Positions 26,445-35,157 of a DNA stretch of 38,157 bases are shown piece after piece (the stretch's first letter is position 1; each line of letters starts with the position of its first letter). The notes under the pieces are model-generated. The model had not been told where the DNA came from. It saw only the letters and a program-made list of their open reading frames with translations, and ran no database searches. This DNA comes from a virus. Its lineage: Duplodnaviria > Caudoviricetes. The stretch lies in the IMG/VR virus record IMGVR_UViG_3300002307_000010, positions 1 to 38,157 of that record, one strand, 5' to 3'. Made by a program: the position numbers and the translations under genes.

Positions 26445-27684
26445 GACTATTCTCCCTTAGTTTTTGAGATTCAGCTAAATCAATTTCAGTTCTCTCTATT
26501 ATTCTCCTTAAAAGTCCTTTCATGTATTCAGGTCCATTATACATAGCATAACGTTGTTGGTGTATAGCAAGTTCCGATTGAAGCTTATCAATTTTCGCAT
26601 CAAACGGAAGCTGCAAAATAGAATCATAGGCTAACGATTCCCCTTTTGTGGGAGTCTTATCCTCTATCTCTTGTTTCAGTCTTTTAATCCTGTTCTTATC
26701 GTGCTGAGAGGGTCCATGAATTCCACCATAGGTCTCAGCATGCTTTTCCCATTGAGCAAGTTGTTCTTCCGGTGAACCTGTTGAAACACTACGTGTCACC
26801 TGTTGTTTAGGTTTGTGAACGGTAAGAGGCTTAGCATCGCCAGTATTGGTAGTCATACCAGTGATATCACACAAATCGTAATACCATTTCCAGTCAGGTG
26901 TGAGTGCATGTTCCTGACAGTAAACGTCAGCAATCTTCAAAAACCATGCCATTCTGTTTTTAACTGGTTTATGGAGCACCCGTTTACCCGCAACAATAGG
27001 TGCAGCAACACTAAACGCGTATTCAAGTGCATCTTCAGGATAGGCAATGAGTTTAAATTGCTCTTTTTCATCAAGGGTAAGAAGTGTAGTGATTTTTACG
27101 ATAGTGGGATGTATGAGATCTGCTCTGATTTTCTCATCACTCATCATGTTTTTTACACGAGGATCATGACGGTTATTACGAATAAGTTGTTTTTGGGTAT
27201 CATTCATTACTGTTCCTTTTTTAAAAACATTAACATTTTTGAGTTTGTACCTTTCTTTCGCACGCCCGTACGTACGCGTCTTGCTATCTGTACTAAGTAC
27301 TACATGTTCTTGTACAAGTGTTTTACTAGAAAGACTAAGATTAAAGAGAAGACTCTTATTAGGGGTGACATTTTGGTGATGAAGATTTTTTCCTAATATA
27401 TAGTTATTAGAAGAATAGGAATTCTCACGATGCTTGGTTACTAACCCATTTTTATGGAACTTATTTGTAGTACGGATAACGGTACGCTCAGAACAACCCA
27501 CTATCTTAGCTATGTAAGCATTGGAAAGTTTGATCCAGGGCGCACTATGATAATTACTAAATATACGGATAATCTTACGTTCAGTGAGAGTATAATGAAC
27601 AGGTTGTGAATAATTGGAAGAAAACCTTGTTTGTTTAAGGTTTTTATTTGTTGGGGCTTGATTTATTTTTTCTATATGGTACAT
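26383..27684 (-). CDS. Replication initiator-like protein with N-terminal winged HTH
   Basis: SNAYIAKIVGCSERTVIRTTNKFHKNGLV...NNY.L HTH motif; lies before rusA. Start uncertain (ATG 27684 or TTG 27732). Confidence 0.7.
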   Translation of the reverse strand: MYHIEKINQAPTNKNLKQTRFSSNYSQPVHYTLTERKIIRIFSNYHSAPWIKLSNAYIAKIVGCSERTVIRTTNKFHKNGLVTKHRENSYSSNNYILGKNLHHQNVTPNKSLLFNLSLSSKTLVQEHVVLSTDSKTRTYGRAKERYKLKNVNVFKKGTVMNDTQKQLIRNNRHDPRVKNMMSDEKIRADLIHPTIVKITTLLTLDEKEQFKLIAYPEDALEYAFSVAAPIVAGKRVLHKPVKNRMAWFLKIADVYCQEHALTPDWKWYYDLCDITGMTTNTGDAKPLTVHKPKQQVTRSVSTGSPEEQLAQWEKHAETYGGIHGPSQHDKNRIKRLKQEIEDKTPTKGESLAYDSILQLPFDAKIDKLQSELAIHQQRYAMYNGPEYMKGLLRRIIERTEIDLAESQKLRENSREKQRISCQSSTNSLATCSA

Positions 27685-27787
27685 TATTAATACTTTTAGG
27701 TAATTAGTTATTACATCTCGGGCGAGATTCAAAGCTGTTAACTATTGTAATTTATAAGGACCGGTGCAAACTGGTCCTATATATTTT
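27658..27787 (+). ncRNA. Candidate counter-transcribed antisense RNA (promoter to terminator) over the initiator leader
   Basis: TTGATT-16 bp-TACATT with extended TG (27658-27685); hairpin AGGACCGGU-GCAA-ACUGGUCCU (about 27757-27779) pairs fully only on + and is followed by an AU/U tract. Confidence 0.5.
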
Positions 27788-27862
27788 ACTCGTATTATCT
27801 ACTTGATAAAGATAATACATACTATTCTAACAAAATCTTATTATTTGTCCATATCACAATTA

Positions 27863-28030
27863 TCATTTTTCAGGCAAACTAATAAAACATACTTCTCGTA
27901 TTCTTTTAAACATATCCTTTAATGCTTTTCTATGTCTCGCTGTGAGGGGTTTTGGTCTACGAATTTTTTTTATAATTCCTTTTTTTAGATTTTCTTTATG
28001 AACTGATAAATATTTCTTTTTATGCGTCAT
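27863..28030 (-). CDS. 55-aa highly basic peptide (not in ORF track)
   Basis: MTHKKKYLSVHKENLKKGIIKKIRRPKPLTARHRK...; AAGGA upstream. Confidence 0.55.
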   Translation of the reverse strand: MTHKKKYLSVHKENLKKGIIKKIRRPKPLTARHRKALKDMFKRIREVCFISLPEK

Positions 28031-28034
28031 CTCA

Positions 28035-28520
28035 TCATTCCTTAATCACACCCAAGATATCACTCTCTTTAACAACAACATGACCATCTTCATGTGCTTG
28101 CACTGTACGATCATCAAAATAGACCACATCACCGATTTTAATGGCAGATGATGTATCTGATCCTGTAGAAATTATTGTGCCTATAGGGCGATTTTTGGAT
28201 GTATCTTCGGAGATTATAATTCCTGATGTTGTTTTATCTATTTCAGTGTTTAGTTTTATAATAACACGAGTACCAAGTGGGCGAAGTTTATCAAACATAT
28301 TAGTCCTCTTCTTTCTATATGATTCATATTGACACTGTATACACTGTTTAGTTCCACTATTTCTTAATTTACTGCCATTGCATGATGACTTTATTCCACA
28401 CTCACATAAACATATCCAAAAAGCAGATCCTTCATGAAGTTTTTTAAGATCTCTTTTTATAACAGTCCATTTTCCAAACTTCATTCCTGTTATATCTATA
28501 AATCGCTTCATAATTTTCAA
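28035..28520 (-). CDS. groES: Co-chaperonin GroES (28035-28298) fused in frame to an N-terminal CxCxCG/CxxC domain
   Basis: LRPLGTRVII, TTSGIII, IKIGDVVYF, VKESDILGV; internal ATG at 28298 has its own GAGGA RBS. Confidence 0.85.
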   Translation of the reverse strand: MKIMKRFIDITGMKFGKWTVIKRDLKKLHEGSAFWICLCECGIKSSCNGSKLRNSGTKQCIQCQYESYRKKRTNMFDKLRPLGTRVIIKLNTEIDKTTSGIIISEDTSKNRPIGTIISTGSDTSSAIKIGDVVYFDDRTVQAHEDGHVVVKESDILGVIKE

Positions 28521-28526
28521 GAGTCT

Positions 28527-28994
28527 TTATTCATTTTCTAATGGTTTAGGACATACTAAATGTAATGTTTGATCTTTTACTCCACCATTCTTTGCTATTA
28601 AAATAATAGTAGGTTCAATACAAGATGAAGATGTTTCAGGGAAGATCAATTTTGCATCATATATATGCCAACATTCCCCCTCATAATAACCATTACTTGC
28701 ATTACGAAATTCAATATCGGTATAGCCTTTTTGAGTCTTAAACGTCCATCCATATGATTTTATAAATCGACCCTGTTCGTCAAGACTTCCATCCTCAAAT
28801 TTTATTTCTATCCCTATAATCCGTTCTCCAATGATATTCTCCGGATTATTAATAGACTCAAACCAAGAATAAGAACAACAGTCTCCTATTGTTTCATATA
28901 CCCAAAATCGTCTATCATTTCTTATAAATGCTAGATAAGTATTATCTTCATTACGGTATATAGCCCTGATATATTCACCAAATATCTCTTTCAA
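28527..28994 (-). CDS. Conserved-looking phage protein (DCC...SNGYY motifs)
   Basis: GDCCSYSWF and FRNASNGYYEG motifs; TTG start behind GGGAG. Confidence 0.65.
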   Translation of the reverse strand: MKEIFGEYIRAIYRNEDNTYLAFIRNDRRFWVYETIGDCCSYSWFESINNPENIIGERIIGIEIKFEDGSLDEQGRFIKSYGWTFKTQKGYTDIEFRNASNGYYEGECWHIYDAKLIFPETSSSCIEPTIILIAKNGGVKDQTLHLVCPKPLENE

Positions 28995-29014
28995 ACTTAC
29001 TCCCTATTAATTTT

Positions 29015-29290
29015 TTAATCTCCGTATTTTTCAATAATTCGTATCTTCATATTCCCATCTTCATCAGAGGTAATCTCTTGTTGCTTTCCATCGGGTAATT
29101 TATATATTAATGTAGCTTTAAGGTTATCTGCATAGGGACCATGTTTACTGCAAAGGCTTACACGAGATTCCATACCATAATAGAAAATTCCTGCTGGCTT
29201 ATCACATTTATCGCACTTAATTACATTGCAATCTTTATCATGAGCTTCTGCGGTCCATGTTTCTACTTCGTCTGGTTTATATGTAGGCAT
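29015..29290 (-). CDS. Small Zn-binding hypothetical protein
   Basis: CDKC...CSKH motifs. Confidence 0.6.
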   Translation of the reverse strand: MPTYKPDEVETWTAEAHDKDCNVIKCDKCDKPAGIFYYGMESRVSLCSKHGPYADNLKATLIYKLPDGKQQEITSDEDGNMKIRIIEKYGD

Positions 29291-29298
29291 TCTATTTC

Positions 29299-29430
29299 CT
29301 ATTCTTTGTCTTGATGTTCAATAGTTAATTCTATTGTAGGTGAAGTGCTTAATTTGCATAGAACCATACCTAAAATAAGACTGTTTAATGTTATAACACC
29401 TAAACATATCCAAAGCATTATAATAGCCAT
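29299..29430 (-). CDS. 43-aa single-TM peptide (not in ORF track)
   Basis: MAIIMLWICLGVITLNSLILGMVLCKL...; fills the gap between adjacent genes. Confidence 0.5.
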   Translation of the reverse strand: MAIIMLWICLGVITLNSLILGMVLCKLSTSPTIELTIEHQDKE

Positions 29431-29431
29431 C

Positions 29432-30046
29432 CTATTTCTTCCTATTGTTTTCTAGAACAGTTTTAACACCTTCAAAGGCAGCCGCCTGAAGTTCATCTAA
29501 ATATTTTATCTTGTTCTCTTTTAATATACAGTCATACAATATTTTCTCATTAGAACACGCTGTAAGCATAGTGTCTAACTCCTTATATTGAGCTTTGGAT
29601 ATGAAACCTTTTGCAATATGCTCTGCTTCGTTTGTACTATCGTCATCATCTTCATCAGTATCAAGTGCGCAGAGTGATAACAGTGCATATCTCTTCATAT
29701 AAGTATTAGCTGAACCTTTAGCTTGATTACCTGGTTTTTCACTCTCAACAATGCGGCAATCTTCAATAAATTGACCTGTTAGTGTATGAGTTAATCGCGT
29801 ATAAATATATTCCATTCCATTATCAGTAGGGCGTGAAAAATGTTTCACCCAAATATTATGTGCTTTTAATGAACATTTAATTGCTCTATAAATATCGCCT
29901 ATTGTAGCGTATTTCTTTTTTGTATGAGTATTATTGCCAGATAGTTTCTTGATTATAAACTTATCTTGAGCAAGCAATATAGATGCTGCAAGTTTAGTAG
30001 TATCATCTGACATTGAAGGATTATAGTTCTTGGTTATTATTTCCAT
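29432..30046 (-). CDS. ERF-family single-strand annealing protein
   Basis: KYATIGDI, LTH..GQFIE, Q..GSANTYMKRYALLSL.....DDD signature. Confidence 0.85.
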   Translation of the reverse strand: MEIITKNYNPSMSDDTTKLAASILLAQDKFIIKKLSGNNTHTKKKYATIGDIYRAIKCSLKAHNIWVKHFSRPTDNGMEYIYTRLTHTLTGQFIEDCRIVESEKPGNQAKGSANTYMKRYALLSLCALDTDEDDDDSTNEAEHIAKGFISKAQYKELDTMLTACSNEKILYDCILKENKIKYLDELQAAAFEGVKTVLENNRKK

Positions 30047-30047
30047 A

Positions 30048-30356
30048 CTATTCCTTACTATCTTTTAATCTGCGTTCAAGATCTGCTATTTTTTGTTTGA
30101 TTTGTCTCATTCTCTCCATAGCTAATGAAGCATTATTAATTTCATCATTATTGAAGAAACAACATTTATGGTGTTCAGATCGATAAAATTCTCGGTTATC
30201 GATTAAAAAACTTATAATTCTGTCATGAGTGAATTCTATTTTTCTCTCTATCACATTATAATAAAAAAAAGATCGCCATAGATGAGTAATAAACATGTAA
30301 ACTAATGAAAAAAATATTAGGTTGACTATGAAATTTATTATTATTGATGTTTCCAT
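30048..30356 (-). CDS. Membrane-anchored hypothetical protein
   Basis: N-terminal TM segment, C-terminal coil. Confidence 0.55.
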   Translation of the reverse strand: METSIIINFIVNLIFFSLVYMFITHLWRSFFYYNVIERKIEFTHDRIISFLIDNREFYRSEHHKCCFFNNDEINNASLAMERMRQIKQKIADLERRLKDSKE

Positions 30357-30372
30357 TTTATACTTATTTCCT

Positions 30373-30582
30373 TTAGTGCTTCACGCTAATATTCTTCGCT
30401 TCCCATTGATCAACAAAAGCTTTTATCTTTCTTATTGTCTTCATTGAACACACTTCCGGGTTACGTCTAATTCTCATTAGAGTAGGATGAGTGATATCAA
30501 GATCACGGATTAAGTCCCTTGCAGATATGAATTCATCCCTGCATATATCATTAAACTTTTTCGTATACTCTGTTGCTGTCAT
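30373..30582 (-). CDS. Cro-like HTH transcriptional regulator
   Basis: ISARDLIRDLDITHPTLMRI...TIRKI; first gene after the divergent promoters. Confidence 0.75.
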   Translation of the reverse strand: MTATEYTKKFNDICRDEFISARDLIRDLDITHPTLMRIRRNPEVCSMKTIRKIKAFVDQWEAKNISVKH

Positions 30583-30650
30583 TGTTGTCCTTTTACTTTA
30601 TCCACACATATTTTTTATAGTGGAATAATTTTTAAATTGTTTATGTAATA

Positions 30651-30733
30651 ATACTACACACCATTATATATAAAGTCAACACTAGTTTAATACAATATTA
30701 TACTATTGACATATATAGTATATCATATATAGT
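30651..30733. promoter_or_regulatory. Divergent early promoters
   Basis: Minus: TTGACT(30679)-17 bp-TAGTAT(30656) with TG. Plus: TTGACA(30706)-16 bp-TATAGT(30728). Confidence 0.7.
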
Positions 30734-30784
30734 AATATCAAATAGCTAAGTGAGGTAGGTATTAAAGTAATAGGAAGGGATAGT

Positions 30785-31273
30785 ATGAGCACACGTCTTA
30801 AGGATTTAACAGGGATGAAGTTTGGGAAATGGACAGTAATCCAAAAAGATAAAGTTGCTAATGGTGCATGGAAGTGGATATGCAAATGCGATTGTGGATT
30901 TGAATCATCAGTATTTGGTTGTAGTTTAAAAGAAGGATCATCAAAACAATGCAGTACATGTTCAAAAACAAATAGGGTGATTGCCAGAGATATATCAAAA
31001 AACATTAACACATTGACTCTCAAACAGTTATCCCAAGTGGTACAAGGTAAAATCAATGCGAAAATGCATAATTTTACAACACATAATGATAAATTAAAAT
31101 ATTTATATAAAGAGATAGAAGAGATAGAAAAAGTAATGTATCTCATCGTTGAAGAACTAGAACCAGTTGAATCTTTAATCTATACTCAGAATCCAGCAGT
31201 AGAGAGAATATTTGAGTCACTAAAGAGTCTATATGGAAAGGGTAGTAATGGAATTGATAGAGAAGCTCACTAA
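30785..31273 (+). CDS. Protein with N-terminal CxCxCG/CxxC domain (HNH/AP2-endonuclease-associated type) and helical C-terminus
   Basis: DLTGMKFGKWTVI...WICKCDCG...SKQCSTC, paralogous to the N-term of 28035-28520. Confidence 0.7.
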   Translation: MSTRLKDLTGMKFGKWTVIQKDKVANGAWKWICKCDCGFESSVFGCSLKEGSSKQCSTCSKTNRVIARDISKNINTLTLKQLSQVVQGKINAKMHNFTTHNDKLKYLYKEIEEIEKVMYLIVEELEPVESLIYTQNPAVERIFESLKSLYGKGSNGIDREAH

Positions 31274-31574
31274 TGAATTAGATGCAGAGATCCAACGTAT
31301 ATGGTCTGAATATGCAGATGCTCATACAAAGTTCGCTGAATGTTGTAAAGATAATATAGGCAAACCCATTGGTGATAAGGCACATGAAGTCAATGAGTTA
31401 CTAGGAATCATTCAGTCAAAGTTTGGTTTATTATGGCCAGCATACAATTTTATAGCAACACGACATCAATCAGTATCAAATGCAGTGAGTGGCTATACTG
31501 AGTTTATTGAAATCATTAAAAAGTCTGGTGGGCAACAGGAAGATCCTAATGGACCTAAAATAATAGAAGGGTAG
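31248..31574 (+). CDS. Hypothetical helical protein
   Basis: Start MELIE behind AAGGG; coupled to the ERF gene. Confidence 0.65.
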   Translation: MELIEKLTNELDAEIQRIWSEYADAHTKFAECCKDNIGKPIGDKAHEVNELLGIIQSKFGLLWPAYNFIATRHQSVSNAVSGYTEFIEIIKKSGGQQEDPNGPKIIEG

Positions 31575-31575
31575 T

Positions 31576-32253
31576 ATGGAGCATAATAACATCTATCGTT
31601 CTGAACAGATCAATGAGATAATGGGTGCTTTATCCAAGGCACAGGGATCATATAAACCTTTGAAGGCAAACCAGGATGCCTCAGGAGGAAATTTTGCCAA
31701 TCTTCAGGCCATTCTATTAGCCGTACGAGAATCGTTGAGTGTTAATGGATTAGGTTTCTTCCAGTTCATTGAATTATTGGATGAGGGTTCTGGCGCTTCA
31801 CTACTCAAAAGTACTATTGGCCATGAGTCAGGTCAGTGGATCTCATCATGTGCACGTGTTGTTACTGGTAAAACTGATAAGCAAACAGGTAATACGTATG
31901 AAGTCCACAAAAGATTACATGCTCTTATGTTGTTGGGTATCGCTCCTTCTGATAATGATCCTATTGCCTTTGATGATAACGGTGAGATGATGGCAGAGCA
32001 AAAACTGATCAGTGATCTGCGTAAACCAGACTCACCAGGTAAAGAAGAAATTGATCATAATAATGTTATTAATAAGCATCAGTATGAAGAATTGCTGATT
32101 GAGCTTGATGGTGAAGATAAATTAGCAAAAGATATAATGAAAACATATGATATCAGCACACTTGCTGATCTTCCTACTTCTGAATATCATAGAGCACGCG
32201 CTAAAATATTAAAAATAAAAGCAATTGAGAGAGATTATAGGAATCGAAAATAG
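31576..32253 (+). CDS. Second, divergent ERF-family protein
   Basis: SEQINEIMGALSKAQ, FANL, HESGQWISS, DDNG; the GSxxTYxxRY motif is altered to GNTYEVHKRL. Confidence 0.8.
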   Translation: MEHNNIYRSEQINEIMGALSKAQGSYKPLKANQDASGGNFANLQAILLAVRESLSVNGLGFFQFIELLDEGSGASLLKSTIGHESGQWISSCARVVTGKTDKQTGNTYEVHKRLHALMLLGIAPSDNDPIAFDDNGEMMAEQKLISDLRKPDSPGKEEIDHNNVINKHQYEELLIELDGEDKLAKDIMKTYDISTLADLPTSEYHRARAKILKIKAIERDYRNRK

Positions 32254-32298
32254 AAACACTAATCTTATAAGAAGCACACTTTTCATTTCTTATAAGTT

Positions 32299-32335
32299 CC
32301 TCCCATGGTGCAGGTTAGTCCCATGGGAGGTTTTT
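32299..32335 (+). terminator. Intrinsic terminator of the plus-strand early operon
   Basis: CCTCCCATGG/CCATGGGAGG stem followed by TTTTT. Confidence 0.85.
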
Positions 32336-32372
32336 AATGCATAAAGTGCCTTAACTACAGGCTTTTGTCAAT

Positions 32373-32405
32373 AAAAACCCCCATAGCTATAGGGGAACTA
32401 TGGGG
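32373..32405 (-). terminator. Intrinsic terminator of the tail-fibre operon
   Basis: CCCCATAG/CTATGGGG stem followed by GUUUUU on the minus strand. Confidence 0.75.
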
Positions 32406-32439
32406 ATCATAGAAAAAAGAGAGAAAGTTTTGCTTGTTA

Positions 32440-35157
32440 CTATATCAATTGGCCACAGAAATAAGAAGTACCACTTCCAGTACTTGGCCCTCCATTAATA
32501 CCAACAGTTTTAGTACCACCGTAAACATATGTAGCCACTTGAGCCGTATCACCTATATTCATATAAGAAGAAATACTTCCACCTACTTGTAATAGACCAG
32601 TAAACCCAATAGTAGTTGTAGCCATAGCACCATATTGTCCGATATATACTCTATTTGCTCTTCCTGCGATTTGCATTAATATGTAACCATAATAATTTGG
32701 ATTAAGTAATCCATAATAAGCTATCGTGCAATCAAAAGTATATATACCTGCCACTGGCGCAGTAAACAGATTCGTACTTGTATTAAAACCTCCGCCAATA
32801 TTATATAGTGTCGTATTATAAGGTACAGCTGCAATAATTGTACCATCACCAGTTAAATTAGGAATATCAGTACTATTTGGATATGCAAAGAATGCTACAT
32901 TACCAGCACCTCCAGTTGTTGACACTGTCAAGGTATTTGTCCCAGGATTACCTACGATATTGATAGTGGTACCATCACCCACCAAATTAATATTTCCAGA
33001 AAAACTTGCTACCGCACCCCCAGTATTTGCAGTCAAGGTATTAACACCTGTAGCACCACCAGTTGCTGATATTGTTAATGTACTTGATCCAGGATTACCT
33101 ACAACTGTTATACCACTTCCCGCTGCAATATTGAGATTTCCTGCTGAAGGTCCAACCGCACCACCACTTGTAGAACCAGTTAATGTTGATATCAGGGTAG
33201 TTCCTCCAGATCCAACCGTACCAAGTTGTCCTGTCGATCCAATGAACACTGGTATGCCATCTGTCGTTGCTGGTGTTATACCACGTATTCCAGCAATGAA
33301 TGCTTTATTAAGTTGCCCAGAACTAGTGCCTGTTGCATAACCAATACGGAGACAATTTGATTCTGATACTAATCCGGCAGAATTTATAAGAACATTACTA
33401 CTTTCACTTGACGTATATGCAGTACCAGCAGTAGTTCCTATAATAATATTGCTTGCGCCAGTGGTCAATGTTGCTCCGGCACTCTTGCCTACTATAATAT
33501 TCAATGTTCCTGTAGTCAGTGATGCTCCACCTAATTTACCGAATACTGTATTATTAATACCTGATATAGATGCTTTACCGGCACCATTACCAACAATAGT
33601 ATTGCCATTACTATCGCTGACATTTAATTGGACAGTATTAGAAGTTCCCGGAGCAGAAAATGATACTGAAGATCCTGAATTAAGCGTTGATAAACCAGTT
33701 AATATACTGAGTACACTTCCTGATTCAGTTGCAGTTCCAGAGTCAGTAGGGAATGATGCTGCACCTCCTCCACCACCACCAATTGATGATATAGTGATCG
33801 TATTAGTCCCAGGATTGCCCACAACATTTGCAGTCGTTCCATCACCTACAATAAAAATATTACCTCCTGAACTTGAAACGGCTCCTCCACTATTTCCAGT
33901 CGCAGTGTTTATGCCACTAGAGCCACCTGTTGATGTAATAGTAAGTGTGCTTGTGCCAGGATTACCTACAACCGTTATACCAGTTCCTGCTGCGATATTG
34001 ATGTTTCCTGCAGTAGGTGAGACTGCGCCACCACTTGTAGAGCCAGTTAATGTTGATATTAGAGTAGTACCACCAGATCCAATAGTACCAAGTTGACCTG
34101 TTGATCCAATAAATACTGGTATTCCATCTGTTGTTGCTGGCGTTACACCACGTATACCACCAATGAATGATTTAGTAACAGGACTCGTTGCTGTTGAATC
34201 ACCAATACGTAGTACGTTTGATTCGGTTATAACACCGAATGAACCAATGCATATATTATTGCTTTCAGTAGATGTATAGATACTACCTGATCCATTACCG
34301 AGAAGAGTATTATTTGATCCAGTCGAAAGAAAAAGACCTGAATTCTTACCCACAAATGTATTATTTGATCCTGACGTAAGAGTATGGCCAGCATTTGTAC
34401 CTAACGCATTATTATAGGTGCCTGTTATGGAATTATTACCAGCAGCAAGAGCAACCATAGTGTTATTATTAGCATCAGTGACATTCAATTGAACAATATT
34501 ACTGGAACTCGTAAATAATACGGAAGATCCTGATACAGGTCCAGCCTTTATATGCAACACACCACCAATTGGAAGTGAAGCCATATCATCATCAGTAATA
34601 AATTCATCTGCTGCTCCTCCTCCTCCAATTAATGATGCTGTCAATGTATTAGTTAATGCATCACCAGTAATGGTTATACCAACATCATCACCAACAATAT
34701 GAATAGTACCATTAACTGGTAAAATTGGACCACCATTATTACCCGTTATCGATTCTACTATATAACCAGTATCGGAATTGAGTGTGAGAGTATTGGTACT
34801 AGCATTACCATTAAATGTTAACCCATCTATTCCTGAAACAATATTGATATTGGCAGCAGTATTAGGGCCAACAACAATATTATCGCTACCAGTTATAGTA
34901 TTTATCGATCCTGTACTACTTCCACTCGTTTCCAACTTTGCCCATTTGGCAACTGATCCTGGACCTTCAACTGATCTCGCTAGTGAAACAAGTGCAAATA
35001 GATTGTTACTACTTTGATTAAGCCACAGATCACCTAACGAGACATTATTAACATCATATATAGTAGGATCTCTATCAGTAAACGTATAATCAGGTGGTTG
35101 AATGGCATTAGTTCCAAGGTATGCCGTACCTTGCTTTCCGCCTAATCTATTACTCAT
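32440..35157 (-). CDS. Modular tail fibre with C-terminal C1q-like domain
   Basis: Repeated G/S/T modules and trimeric beta-roll N(T/N)xxG repeats; C-term FFAY...YN...NIGGGFN....FTAPVAGIYTF...YFCGQL. Confidence 0.85.
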   Translation of the reverse strand: MSNRLGGKQGTAYLGTNAIQPPDYTFTDRDPTIYDVNNVSLGDLWLNQSSNNLFALVSLARSVEGPGSVAKWAKLETSGSSTGSINTITGSDNIVVGPNTAANINIVSGIDGLTFNGNASTNTLTLNSDTGYIVESITGNNGGPILPVNGTIHIVGDDVGITITGDALTNTLTASLIGGGGAADEFITDDDMASLPIGGVLHIKAGPVSGSSVLFTSSSNIVQLNVTDANNNTMVALAAGNNSITGTYNNALGTNAGHTLTSGSNNTFVGKNSGLFLSTGSNNTLLGNGSGSIYTSTESNNICIGSFGVITESNVLRIGDSTATSPVTKSFIGGIRGVTPATTDGIPVFIGSTGQLGTIGSGGTTLISTLTGSTSGGAVSPTAGNINIAAGTGITVVGNPGTSTLTITSTGGSSGINTATGNSGGAVSSSGGNIFIVGDGTTANVVGNPGTNTITISSIGGGGGGAASFPTDSGTATESGSVLSILTGLSTLNSGSSVSFSAPGTSNTVQLNVSDSNGNTIVGNGAGKASISGINNTVFGKLGGASLTTGTLNIIVGKSAGATLTTGASNIIIGTTAGTAYTSSESSNVLINSAGLVSESNCLRIGYATGTSSGQLNKAFIAGIRGITPATTDGIPVFIGSTGQLGTVGSGGTTLISTLTGSTSGGAVGPSAGNLNIAAGSGITVVGNPGSSTLTISATGGATGVNTLTANTGGAVASFSGNINLVGDGTTINIVGNPGTNTLTVSTTGGAGNVAFFAYPNSTDIPNLTGDGTIIAAVPYNTTLYNIGGGFNTSTNLFTAPVAGIYTFDCTIAYYGLLNPNYYGYILMQIAGRANRVYIGQYGAMATTTIGFTGLLQVGGSISSYMNIGDTAQVATYVYGGTKTVGINGGPSTGSGTSYFCGQLI

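Noticed and set aside
26803-27396. 197-aa plus-strand ORF
   Set aside because: Antisense to the initiator gene, with no recognisable motif.
30703-31146. 147-aa minus-strand ORF as a repressor
   Set aside because: Shadow of 30785-31273, with no HTH motif.
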